Positions 9,489-17,478 of a DNA stretch of 34,268 nucleotides are shown in pieces (positions within the stretch are counted from its first letter, which is position 1; each line of letters opens with the position of its first letter). The notes under the pieces are model-generated. The model was not told where the DNA came from. It ran no database searches and saw only the letters and a program-made list of their open reading frames with translations. Position numbers and translations under genes: made by a program. The DNA comes from Anaerolineae bacterium (GTDB taxonomy: Bacteria > Chloroflexota > Anaerolineae > Epilineales > Epilineaceae), in contig JAJCYU010000284.1 in assembly GCA_029262755.1 (NCBI GenBank), positions 1-34,268 of the forward strand. Reading direction: 5' to 3'.

Positions 9489-11726
9489 TCAGCGGGTACG
9501 GCCCATCGGCAGCAGCGCCTCGGGGGCAAGTCTTTCGATACGGGGTGATCCTTGCATCGAGGTTGGCCGGCCCACGATCTCGACGGGTGCGCTCCGGGAC
9601 GGATCGAAATCATCGCGATCCCAACCACGGACCGTGGCCAGGTCGGCTGCGTTCGGCGCGACCGCGCGCATGGGCACCACGTGCATTCCCTCCGGCGTGC
9701 ACAACTCGAGCACGACGTTGTCGACACGGAAGTTGGTCAGCAACTCGTTGGCGTTGAGGATGCCGACCAACAACAGATGCGCTTCGTCGAAGCCCTCACC
9801 TTGCACGAATCCGGACGTGATGTCTGCTTGCAACGGCCACCATCTATCGCTGGGGAACGGCGTCGTCGTGTTGGGAGCAAAGCTGTCCTCGCTGACGGCC
9901 ACCAACGAACGACCATCGTCGTTGGTGTTGCCACGGGTTCCGATGCCGAATCGATCCGCGTTGTCACCGTTGCTTCGATCTTCCTGACTCACGACATTGA
10001 GCCACCATCGGACCGTGGCCGACTCCAACTCGCCTTCCGGTAGGGTGGTCACCGGCTCGAGTGCCATGACCGCTTCTTGAGCACCGGGGTAGAGTCCGAA
10101 GATCACGCCGAAGTTGCTCTGGAGAGCGCCATCCGCCCTGATGCTTGCTTGGTTGTTGGCGGACTGTTGCTGCCAGCCGACATTGGGACCCTGCTCGAAG
10201 TCGCCGTTGACCAACGGGTTCGTGCAGTTGGCCGGCAACGTCGGCTTGGGCGTAGCTTCGCCGGGCGGCGTCGGGCTCGCGGTCGGGGGGTTGGCGCCGG
10301 GCGTTGCCGTCGGTCCCGGGCTACCGGGCACGATCTCTGCGGTGCGCGACGCGGCGGCCACGTCAGAGCCACGCAGGTAAATGGATGTGCGATAGCGTCC
10401 GTTCGGCACCGGGATCGCGTTACCGGAGGCATCCACGAAGCCGACGCACTGGAATGCGAAGCTCGCCTCGGCCGGCGCGTCAAACGTGTCGTTCACACCC
10501 GTGACATTGCCCGGGTCCAACTCCTCGAACACGCCGCCTCGTTCGACAAACCATTGCACGCGCATGGGGGTCCCCACCACCATGTCACGCCATTGCTCCC
10601 GCGCGCACAGCTGCTGAATACCATTGGTGAAGCGCGTGCCTTCATTGGCCAACGCGCCGGTCTCGCGGTTGATGTCCGTTCCAAAGTCCACGGAGATCGA
10701 CCCCGTCTGCGGTGTGGGGAATTCGCTGGGCAGGTTCGCCTTGTCGAAGTTGTTGAACACGAAGGGAAGGAAGGCGCGGTTTGGATCCGGTGCCGGTCCT
10801 GGGCCCGGACCGGGTCCCGGCTGCGGCGTCGAGCTGGCGGTGGGCACCGGGCTTGGGCCCGGGCCTGGATCGCTGATCGTCTTGCCGACGATCTCGACGT
10901 TGTCGATGATGACGCCCATATGGGTTCCTTCGGGCGTCAAATCGCGGTGGATGAAGTAGACGAATACCTCATCGAGACCTCCGGCCAGCGCAAACTCAAG
11001 CGGCTCTCCCCAACCCACCCATTGCTTGCGTGGCCCATCTTCGCTCGCGAGCGTCCGGCAGTCCAAATTGGTCGTGCTGTCACGCCGGTCGGTGCATACG
11101 AGGAAGGCCTTCGCCTCCGCCGCATTGTTTGGTTCGCCGGTACGGACGGGGAGGTCGGGGTAGAACTGGTGTTGGACGGTCAGCCCGTCTGGAAACGCCG
11201 TGAGATCCATGGGCCCGTAGGCTAACACGCTGGCAACCGGGTCCGCGTACACGCCGCCAAATCCGAGCGTGCCACCAATGGTCCCGCCACCAATGGACCA
11301 AGCCGCCTGAACGCCGCCGTCCCGCGGGACCTCGATATCTTCCATGGCCCATATGAAGTTCGGGTCTACACCCTCGGGAGCAAGGTCATCGAAGGTGCGC
11401 CACCCTGTGGGCGGAAACTCCGTGCCTTCGAAATCTTGACTCTCCAAGACCTCATCCATCGTGTCGAAGGAAGACCGGTTCGCGCTGGGGCGAATGCCGG
11501 CCGGCACGACCGGAACGGTGTCGTTGATCTCGAGCACCCGTCCTCGGAGCAGGTCGTCGGGCGCATGCGCAGCCGCAAGGCCGGAGCCGGAAGCCAACAA
11601 ACGCGCCTCCAAGTCCTCACCAACGTCCTGCGCATGGGATGGACCGCCGGAAGACGCAAGGACGCCCACCGCGACGGCGATAGGCATGAGCACGACGAGG
11701 CCCGTGCGCGCGAACTGTCCGAACAT
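9489..11726 (-). CDS. Large secreted multi-domain protein (MAM/jelly-roll domain, Pro-rich linkers, Ig-like domain, CBM-like domain)
   Basis: RBS AGGGAGG before ATG 11726; signal peptide ending PSHA-Q; QDFEGTEFPPTGW to GVIIDNVEI domain; PGPGP linker; RAFLPFVF motif; NPLVNGDFEQG to FRVDNVVL (CBM4/9-like pattern). Confidence 0.85.
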   Translation of the reverse strand: MFGQFARTGLVVLMPIAVAVGVLASSGGPSHAQDVGEDLEARLLASGSGLAAAHAPDDLLRGRVLEINDTVPVVPAGIRPSANRSSFDTMDEVLESQDFEGTEFPPTGWRTFDDLAPEGVDPNFIWAMEDIEVPRDGGVQAAWSIGGGTIGGTLGFGGVYADPVASVLAYGPMDLTAFPDGLTVQHQFYPDLPVRTGEPNNAAEAKAFLVCTDRRDSTTNLDCRTLASEDGPRKQWVGWGEPLEFALAGGLDEVFVYFIHRDLTPEGTHMGVIIDNVEIVGKTISDPGPGPSPVPTASSTPQPGPGPGPGPAPDPNRAFLPFVFNNFDKANLPSEFPTPQTGSISVDFGTDINRETGALANEGTRFTNGIQQLCAREQWRDMVVGTPMRVQWFVERGGVFEELDPGNVTGVNDTFDAPAEASFAFQCVGFVDASGNAIPVPNGRYRTSIYLRGSDVAAASRTAEIVPGSPGPTATPGANPPTASPTPPGEATPKPTLPANCTNPLVNGDFEQGPNVGWQQQSANNQASIRADGALQSNFGVIFGLYPGAQEAVMALEPVTTLPEGELESATVRWWLNVVSQEDRSNGDNADRFGIGTRGNTNDDGRSLVAVSEDSFAPNTTTPFPSDRWWPLQADITSGFVQGEGFDEAHLLLVGILNANELLTNFRVDNVVLELCTPEGMHVVPMRAVAPNAADLATVRGWDRDDFDPSRSAPVEIVGRPTSMQGSPRIERLAPEALLPMGRTR

Positions 11727-11829
11727 AGTGCTTCCTCCCTACAGAGATCGAGGCGCCGCCATGGGCGCACGTAGTGGTCACGAATGAGGGCGATACGGGG
11801 CTGCGAGGAGCCCGGTTCGACGGTGCGAC

Positions 11830-11838
11830 AGTCTATCA
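11830..11838 (-). promoter_or_regulatory. Extended -10 promoter element (TG-a-TAGACT) for the 11726 gene
   Basis: Reverse complement of agtctatca, about 100 nt upstream of the start codon in an intergenic region. Confidence 0.5.
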
Positions 11839-11983
11839 CGCGTCCTAGTGGGCCGCGAAGTCCTTCCCTGGTTGGCAGGGTGGCACGGCAGGCGCGTTGC
11901 CGGAGTCGTTCCGCCACGGACACGCCGCCACGTTATGTTCAGCGCCCGTCGATGCCTGCCCCGTCCGAGGCGCATACACGCAC

Positions 11984-13177
11984 TTACTCCGCGCTGCGGG
12001 GAACGACCGCGAAGGGCAGATAGACGATGTCGAAGGGCACCTCGCTCGTCGGACCCGCGGTGGGCGGGTCGGCGGGCGTGGAGGTCACCTCCGTGGTACT
12101 CGTCGCCGTAACCGGTGCATCGGGCGTTGTTGTGGTCGCGGCGGGCTGCGTGGGTGTACCTACCGGCGGAACCAATGTGGCGACGGTGGTCTCCGTCGGC
12201 GTAGTACGGCTTGGCGTCGCGCTCGGCGTCCTTCCCGGAATCGGGGTCAGCGTCGCGGTTGCGCTCGCGCGCGGAGTAATCGACGGCGGTACGTCGCTCG
12301 GCGTAGACGACGGCGTTAGCGTCGCCGAATTCGTTGGCACGCCTGTCGGGGGCGTCGTGGTCGTTGGTGACGGGGTGACGCTCGGCGTCGCTTCCTGCGT
12401 TCCCGTGGGCCGCGGCGTCAACGTCGGAGGGCGCGTTGGGCCTGCGGTGGCGGATGGGAAGCGAGTCGGCGTCGGGCCGCCTGATCCACCGCGGCCGCGA
12501 ATCACGACCTCGTCGATCAACGCACCGTAGTCGCCACCCTGCGCGAGGATGTCAGAATAGCGGATCTCCACCCATACGGACTGCCGGTTGCCCGCGTCCG
12601 TGAAGACCATGCCCGGATCCGGAAAGGTGGCCCAGTCCGTCTCATCGATGCCCGTGCCAAAGCAACCATACTCTTCGCCAACGCCCTCCCCGACGACGCA
12701 AACGGTGAAGGACTGCACGCTCGGCGCCTGGAGCTTGAACAGGAAGTTGACCTCGAGCCCGCCGGGATAGCTCTGCGTGTCGATCGGACCGAAGCGAAGG
12801 ATCGTAAACACACTGCTCAGATACGGATCTAGACAGCCGAGCATGGCACCCGCTTCGCCGTCGCGCACGGACCATGCGACCGCGTCACCACCGCCCGGAG
12901 CCGGGTCGCAGGTCTCTCGTCCCCACGTGTACTGCGGGTTGGTTCCTCCTTGGCTGGCGAATACGTCGACCGACTCCCATCCGGGCGGCGGAAAACTCGG
13001 GTCCTCGAAGGACTGCTCCTCCAGCACGGTCGACTGCGCCGTCGGCGCGGCCGAGAGCGGCGAACGCAACGTGTCCATCATCGCCCATCCGAAGCTGCAC
13101 GTCGTGGCGGCTAGCAGGCCTACAAACGCGAAACGCCGGAAATGGCGCCTGGCAACGTGTCGAGCGTGGTGACTCAT
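11984..13177 (-). CDS. Secreted protein with MAM/jelly-roll domain, long Thr/Pro-rich stalk and terminal YLP motif
   Basis: RBS GAGGAG before ATG 13177; signal peptide; EQSFEDPSFPPPGW to GALIDEVVI domain; about 150 aa Thr/Pro-rich tail ending IVYLPFAVVPRSAE. Confidence 0.85.
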   Translation of the reverse strand: MSHHARHVARRHFRRFAFVGLLAATTCSFGWAMMDTLRSPLSAAPTAQSTVLEEQSFEDPSFPPPGWESVDVFASQGGTNPQYTWGRETCDPAPGGGDAVAWSVRDGEAGAMLGCLDPYLSSVFTILRFGPIDTQSYPGGLEVNFLFKLQAPSVQSFTVCVVGEGVGEEYGCFGTGIDETDWATFPDPGMVFTDAGNRQSVWVEIRYSDILAQGGDYGALIDEVVIRGRGGSGGPTPTRFPSATAGPTRPPTLTPRPTGTQEATPSVTPSPTTTTPPTGVPTNSATLTPSSTPSDVPPSITPRASATATLTPIPGRTPSATPSRTTPTETTVATLVPPVGTPTQPAATTTTPDAPVTATSTTEVTSTPADPPTAGPTSEVPFDIVYLPFAVVPRSAE

Positions 13178-13254
13178 GCCGATTCTCCTCGTCGCCGTAG
13201 CGGCGACTTGTTCGGGACCCAAGATCGGCCGCTCGGCGGCTCGCGCAACGGTCC

Positions 13255-14703
13255 TCAACGGAATTCCAAGGTACGGAACGTCTCATAGCGATATGCGTCT
13301 TGCGATAGCCCGGTTCCCGCGCCTGTCGTACCGCCGGCCAAGAACAAAGTCCGGCCAAGCAACGCCATCCCGGCGCCGCGGCGCGGCGTGGGTCCCGGCA
13401 CCCGCGCGAAGGGCACCCAACCGGCATCGATGTCTTCCAACGTCAATCCAATCGTGCCCGCATCGTTCTCAAGCGCGGCGTCCCAGCCGCCTCCGACGAC
13501 GTAGAGTCGGTTGACCGGATTGTCCAACGCGACCATCGCGTGCCCGGCTCGGCCGCGAGGCAGCGCCAACGCATCGGGATCCCAAGCGGGTTTGGCGAAG
13601 GGCCGATACACCCAATGGTCCGTTTCGAGATCGCCGTCGCGATCGCGACCGCCCACCAAATGGATTTCGTCCCGATCGGCGATCGCCGCCGCCGCGAGAT
13701 CGGCCCTGGGCGCCGGTAGGCGGTCGACGACGGCCCATGCGTTCAGTTCGGGATCGAAGCGCAGGACCTCGTCCAACGCGCTGTCCGCTTCGTCCGTCGT
13801 GCGCCCGCCGAAGAGATAGGCCTGGCCGTCGAGCACCGCGAGCGCATACGCGCATCGAGGTGAGGGCAGCGATGCGGATGTCTGCCATCGATCTTGGGCA
13901 GGATCGTAGATTTCCACGTCGGCGATCGCATTCCCGCGTGCGTCACAACCGCCAGGCACGAGCAGGCGCCCGCGCAGCTCTGCAACCTGCACGTCGCGCA
14001 CTGCGAGCGGCTTGGCGCGCAGCGCGAGCCACGCGACTTCCCGAGGCTCGAACACGAGCAACTCCGAGAGCACGCGCGCCCCGTCGAAACCGCCGACGGC
14101 AAACACGCGCCCCCCCACGACGCCCAACGCGAGACCCGTGCGCGGCTCGGGCAACGGTCGAATGGGCACCCACAACGGGAGCCCACGCGGCTGCGCCTGC
14201 GGCGTTGCCGTAGCGAGGGCCCGGCCCGGACCAATCGACGAAGCATCCCGCACGATCACGGCCAATAGTGCCAGCGTTAGAACCACCACGACGCCACCGA
14301 GTCTGCGGACGTTGCGGCCATGACGACCCTGGGCGCGTTCGAGCTCGGCGGCGCGTTGCCGTTCCCGCTCCAAGGCCTCCGCGAGCTCGCGTGTGGCATG
14401 AGCGCGCGCTTCTTCATCCTCGTCGTCCGGAGTATCGATTGCGACGAGGCCGAACTCGAAGGCATGCAAGGCCATCTCCACCCGATTGGAGGTGCCGAGC
14501 TTGCCGTTGATGTTGGTGACGTGCTTCTTGACCGTCGCCTCGGAAACCCCGCGCTGGTGTGCGATCTCGCGGTTCGACGCGCCGGTCGCAACGAGGCGAA
14601 TCACCTCGAGCTCGGTCTCGCTCAGTCGTGCGACGGGCGAGGGCTCAGCCTCGTCGGCGCCGCTCGCGCCGCGCGCGCTGGCGCCTTCGAGTGGGTCGGT
14701 CAT
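13255..14703 (-). CDS. LuxR-family HTH regulator fused to coiled coil, transmembrane helix and Kelch-repeat beta-propeller
   Basis: LSETELEVIRLVATGASNREIAHQRGVSEATVKKHVTNINGKLG is a LuxR HTH; TM helix LGGVVVVLTLALLAVIV; six Kelch-like blades (VFAVGG, LLVPGG, AYLFGG, IHLVGG, LYVVGG, LFLAGG). Confidence 0.9.
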   Translation of the reverse strand: MTDPLEGASARGASGADEAEPSPVARLSETELEVIRLVATGASNREIAHQRGVSEATVKKHVTNINGKLGTSNRVEMALHAFEFGLVAIDTPDDEDEEARAHATRELAEALERERQRAAELERAQGRHGRNVRRLGGVVVVLTLALLAVIVRDASSIGPGRALATATPQAQPRGLPLWVPIRPLPEPRTGLALGVVGGRVFAVGGFDGARVLSELLVFEPREVAWLALRAKPLAVRDVQVAELRGRLLVPGGCDARGNAIADVEIYDPAQDRWQTSASLPSPRCAYALAVLDGQAYLFGGRTTDEADSALDEVLRFDPELNAWAVVDRLPAPRADLAAAAIADRDEIHLVGGRDRDGDLETDHWVYRPFAKPAWDPDALALPRGRAGHAMVALDNPVNRLYVVGGGWDAALENDAGTIGLTLEDIDAGWVPFARVPGPTPRRGAGMALLGRTLFLAGGTTGAGTGLSQDAYRYETFRTLEFR

Positions 14704-14711
14704 GGGCCGGG

Positions 14712-14720
14712 ATTATACCA
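14712..14720 (-). promoter_or_regulatory. Consensus extended -10 (TG-g-TATAAT) 8 nt upstream of the LuxR-Kelch start codon
   Basis: Reverse complement of attatacca; perfect TATAAT in very GC-rich DNA; no Shine-Dalgarno before ATG 14703. Confidence 0.65.
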
Positions 14721-15777
14721 CGCGGCGCCCGATCCAAAGGGGAAAGACGGCCGGCGGCCTTCGCCGTCGCACATGGGCCTTGAGCGGGCGCATTGCCATG
14801 CGCCAGCCGAGCCACGGACGCGAGCGGCGCCACCGCACCATGCCGCCGACCTCCCCGTCCACGAGGTCGCGCGCCACCAGAAACTCGCGGCTGCCCAAGG
14901 CGTCGGAGGCGAAACCGTAGCGTTGTAGGTAGGCTTCGCGCCGCTCGGCGACCATCCGTCGGCCATGGCTCGAGTGTGCGTAGAACGGTGAGTCGACGAC
15001 TACGAGCCTGCCACCGGGTCGTACGACTCCGCTCGCACGGGTAAGGGTGCGCGCGGGGTCCGGGCTGTAATGCAGCGCCGCGTTGAAGATCACCACATCC
15101 GCACTTCCAGCGGCGAGCGGCAGGTCGTCGAAATCCGCCTCCAAGCGCGCATACCGTGCTGGAGGAGCCGCGGCAGCCGCCGCGTGCAATCCATCGTGCG
15201 GATCGACCGTCACGTCGACCGCGAGCACGCGGTGACCCGCAAGCGCAAGACGGCGGCTTAGCCATCCATTGCCTGCCCCGATGTCGAGGATGCGACTACC
15301 GGCGGGCAGCTGTTGCAGCAACCGTCGGTCCAGATGTCGATAAGAACGAGCGCGGACAGCCCAGGCCGCGGCCATGGGATCGCCCGTACGGGCAAACGGA
15401 AGTCGCTGCACGGCGGCGCGCCCCCCTTCGCCGCGTCCCTCCGCATGGCGCACTTGCGCGTATTCCTCGACGAACTGTTCCAGGCGCTCGCCTAACGAAC
15501 CGGCCGGTCCGCGCCATACGCCCGCGTCCAAGCGCAGGCGCCACCCATCGGTGGCGCACGTCGGACCCGTACCCGGCTCCGATGCGGCGCCATCCAACGG
15601 CAGGTGCCCGAGCGCACGCTTACAGCGCGGACAACGGATCGGCCAACCCGATGCCGCGATCGCCTCCTGCTCGCCCTGGCCGGCTGGTGCTGTTCGTCGC
15701 CGTGTTCGCGTTGCGTTCAGCGTGGAAACCTCATACCTCGGGCGTGCCCGTGCCCGTGCCTGTGCCCGAGTCTCCAC
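14713..15777 (-). CDS. Class I SAM-dependent methyltransferase with N-terminal Trm112-like zinc-ribbon segment
   Basis: Motif I ILDIGAGNGW, ADFDDLPL, DVVIFNAALHY, RPGGRLVVVD; N-terminal CPRC...CATD. Start uncertain: GTG 15777 or CTG 15720. Confidence 0.85.
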   Translation of the reverse strand: METRAQARARARPRYEVSTLNATRTRRRTAPAGQGEQEAIAASGWPIRCPRCKRALGHLPLDGAASEPGTGPTCATDGWRLRLDAGVWRGPAGSLGERLEQFVEEYAQVRHAEGRGEGGRAAVQRLPFARTGDPMAAAWAVRARSYRHLDRRLLQQLPAGSRILDIGAGNGWLSRRLALAGHRVLAVDVTVDPHDGLHAAAAAAPPARYARLEADFDDLPLAAGSADVVIFNAALHYSPDPARTLTRASGVVRPGGRLVVVDSPFYAHSSHGRRMVAERREAYLQRYGFASDALGSREFLVARDLVDGEVGGMVRWRRSRPWLGWRMAMRPLKAHVRRRRPPAVFPLWIGRRVV

Positions 15778-17197
15778 CGCGCTCGCGCCGGGCGTACCAC
15801 GCTTCCCGGCCGCGCATCTGAACGCGGGCGATCCGCTCGCCGGCGGCCGCCGCCACCCAGGCGCCGGGATGCGCGCTCCCGGACGCCGGATCCTGGAGCC
15901 GCGCCAGCTGAACGGCATGCCGTAGCCGTTTCGTCGCGAGCGCATAGTATCGCGGCGAGGGACGACCCGCGACGGTGCGCAAGCGGTCACTTCCTTCACG
16001 CCACGAGGCGAGCGGCACGACCCGTTCGGCAACCTCGGCGTGGTAGGGCGTTCCTTCGATCGGATAGGCGACAGTGGTCAGGTACGTATCCGGATCGACC
16101 CGCGCAACGTGGCGGATCGTCGCGTCGATGTCCGCGGGCTCTTCGCCTTCGTAGCCCCACATCAGGAACAGGCCCACCTGAATGCCCGCGGCGCGCAGCA
16201 CCTGCGTCGCCTCCTCGACCTGCGCGGTCGTCACTCCGCGCTCCATGGCGTCCAAGATCCGCTGCGACCCGCTCTCGGAGCCGATCCACACCCGGAAGCA
16301 GCCCAAGCGCGCGAGGTTCTCTGCAACCTCGGCGTCCACCCGATCGGCGCGCGTGATGCACTCGAAGGGCAGGCCGATTCCGCGCGCGGTCACGATGTCG
16401 GCGTAGCGAGCCAGCCAGCGAGGGCTGATCGAAAAAACGTCGTCGGCGTACCACACCATGTCTGGTGACCATCGTTCGCGCAGATGCGCGAGTTCCGCCG
16501 CGACGTCCTCGGGGGAACGACGTGCGTGGTGATAGCCGAAGACCGCGTGGCTGCACCACCGGCACCGATACGGGCAGCCACGCGCGGTGATGAGGTTTAG
16601 CGCGCCGCGGCCATGTGCGCTGCGCCAACACGCCAGGTATGCAGGCACATCGATGGCCTCTCGGTCGGGCCAAGGCAAGGCATCCAGATCGCGGATCGTC
16701 GGGCGGGCGGGCGTGGTCACGACGAGCCCGTCTTGGTCTCGGAAGCTCAACCCGGCAATGTGATCCAACCGGTGAGGGCCTCCGGAAGCAAGCGCGGGCA
16801 GCAGAGCCTGCATCGTCCGCTCGCCTTCGCCGTGGACGATCACATCGGCGCCGGCCTCAAGGTATCGGGCCGCGTGGTTGGCCGGCTCCGGGCCGCCCAG
16901 GACGATGGTCCAGCCCAGCGCTCGCGCCCGTTCGATGAGGGCGAGCGCCGGCCCCCGGGTCGTTAGGTTGACGTAGACACCCAAGACGTCTGCCTCACGA
17001 CGGGCCAAGCGGGCCTCGACGAGCTGACGTGTATCGAAGGTTGGATCGTGCAACCCGACGTGGAAGCCGACCCGCTCCAAGTAGGCCTTGAGATACAGGA
17101 GGCCCAACGCGGGATAGGGCTTCATCACGCGCTGTTCTCCCGCGTCCTCCGCGATGCGGTGAGCATGCGTCAACAGCAGATCCACACGAGCTCCCAT
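15731..17197 (-). CDS. Cobalamin-binding domain radical SAM protein (class B methyltransferase/BchE-like architecture)
   Basis: PYPALGLLYL...IVLGGPE...GEGE (B12-binding domain); TARGCPYRCRWC (CxxxCxxC); YADDVF; IGSESGSQRILDAM. Start ATG 17197 or GTG 17185, which follows GGAG. Confidence 0.92.
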   Translation of the reverse strand: MGARVDLLLTHAHRIAEDAGEQRVMKPYPALGLLYLKAYLERVGFHVGLHDPTFDTRQLVEARLARREADVLGVYVNLTTRGPALALIERARALGWTIVLGGPEPANHAARYLEAGADVIVHGEGERTMQALLPALASGGPHRLDHIAGLSFRDQDGLVVTTPARPTIRDLDALPWPDREAIDVPAYLACWRSAHGRGALNLITARGCPYRCRWCSHAVFGYHHARRSPEDVAAELAHLRERWSPDMVWYADDVFSISPRWLARYADIVTARGIGLPFECITRADRVDAEVAENLARLGCFRVWIGSESGSQRILDAMERGVTTAQVEEATQVLRAAGIQVGLFLMWGYEGEEPADIDATIRHVARVDPDTYLTTVAYPIEGTPYHAEVAERVVPLASWREGSDRLRTVAGRPSPRYYALATKRLRHAVQLARLQDPASGSAHPGAWVAAAAGERIARVQMRGREAWYARRERGGDSGTGTGTGTPEV

Positions 17198-17371
17198 GCG
17201 AGACTCGAACGCAACAGCGCTCGGTTCGGCGTGACCAAGGACATCCTGGTGCCGGCGGCAATCAAGGGTGGCAGCGGCGTTGCACCGGGTCAACGACTCC
17301 GTTGGGTACGCGACGTACCTCCACGGCTGGACCCAGCGTCTCAACCTTTGGCATGATCGCACGGACGTATT

Positions 17372-17386
17372 GTGACGCGACGTCAC
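17372..17386. promoter_or_regulatory. Inverted repeat GTGACG-N3-CGTCAC in the divergent promoter region; possible operator
   Basis: Perfect 6-bp dyad read directly, located between the divergent radical SAM and Cys-repeat genes. Confidence 0.35.
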
Positions 17387-17478
17387 CCGAGCGCCATGTT
17401 GCACTCGATACCATGTTCCGATGGCGGCGCATCGCCCGATGGGCGGCATACCAAGCGCCGTATTCCTAGGAGGCTCCC

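Noticed and set aside
11881..11900. tggcacg...ttgc as a sigma-54 promoter (also tggcatg at about 17349)
   Set aside because: The spacing to TTGC does not fit -24/-12, and the 11881 site points opposite to the flanking genes.
17371..17387. tgtga-N7-tcacc as a CRP/FNR box
   Set aside because: The spacer is 7 nt rather than the required 6; kept only as a generic dyad.
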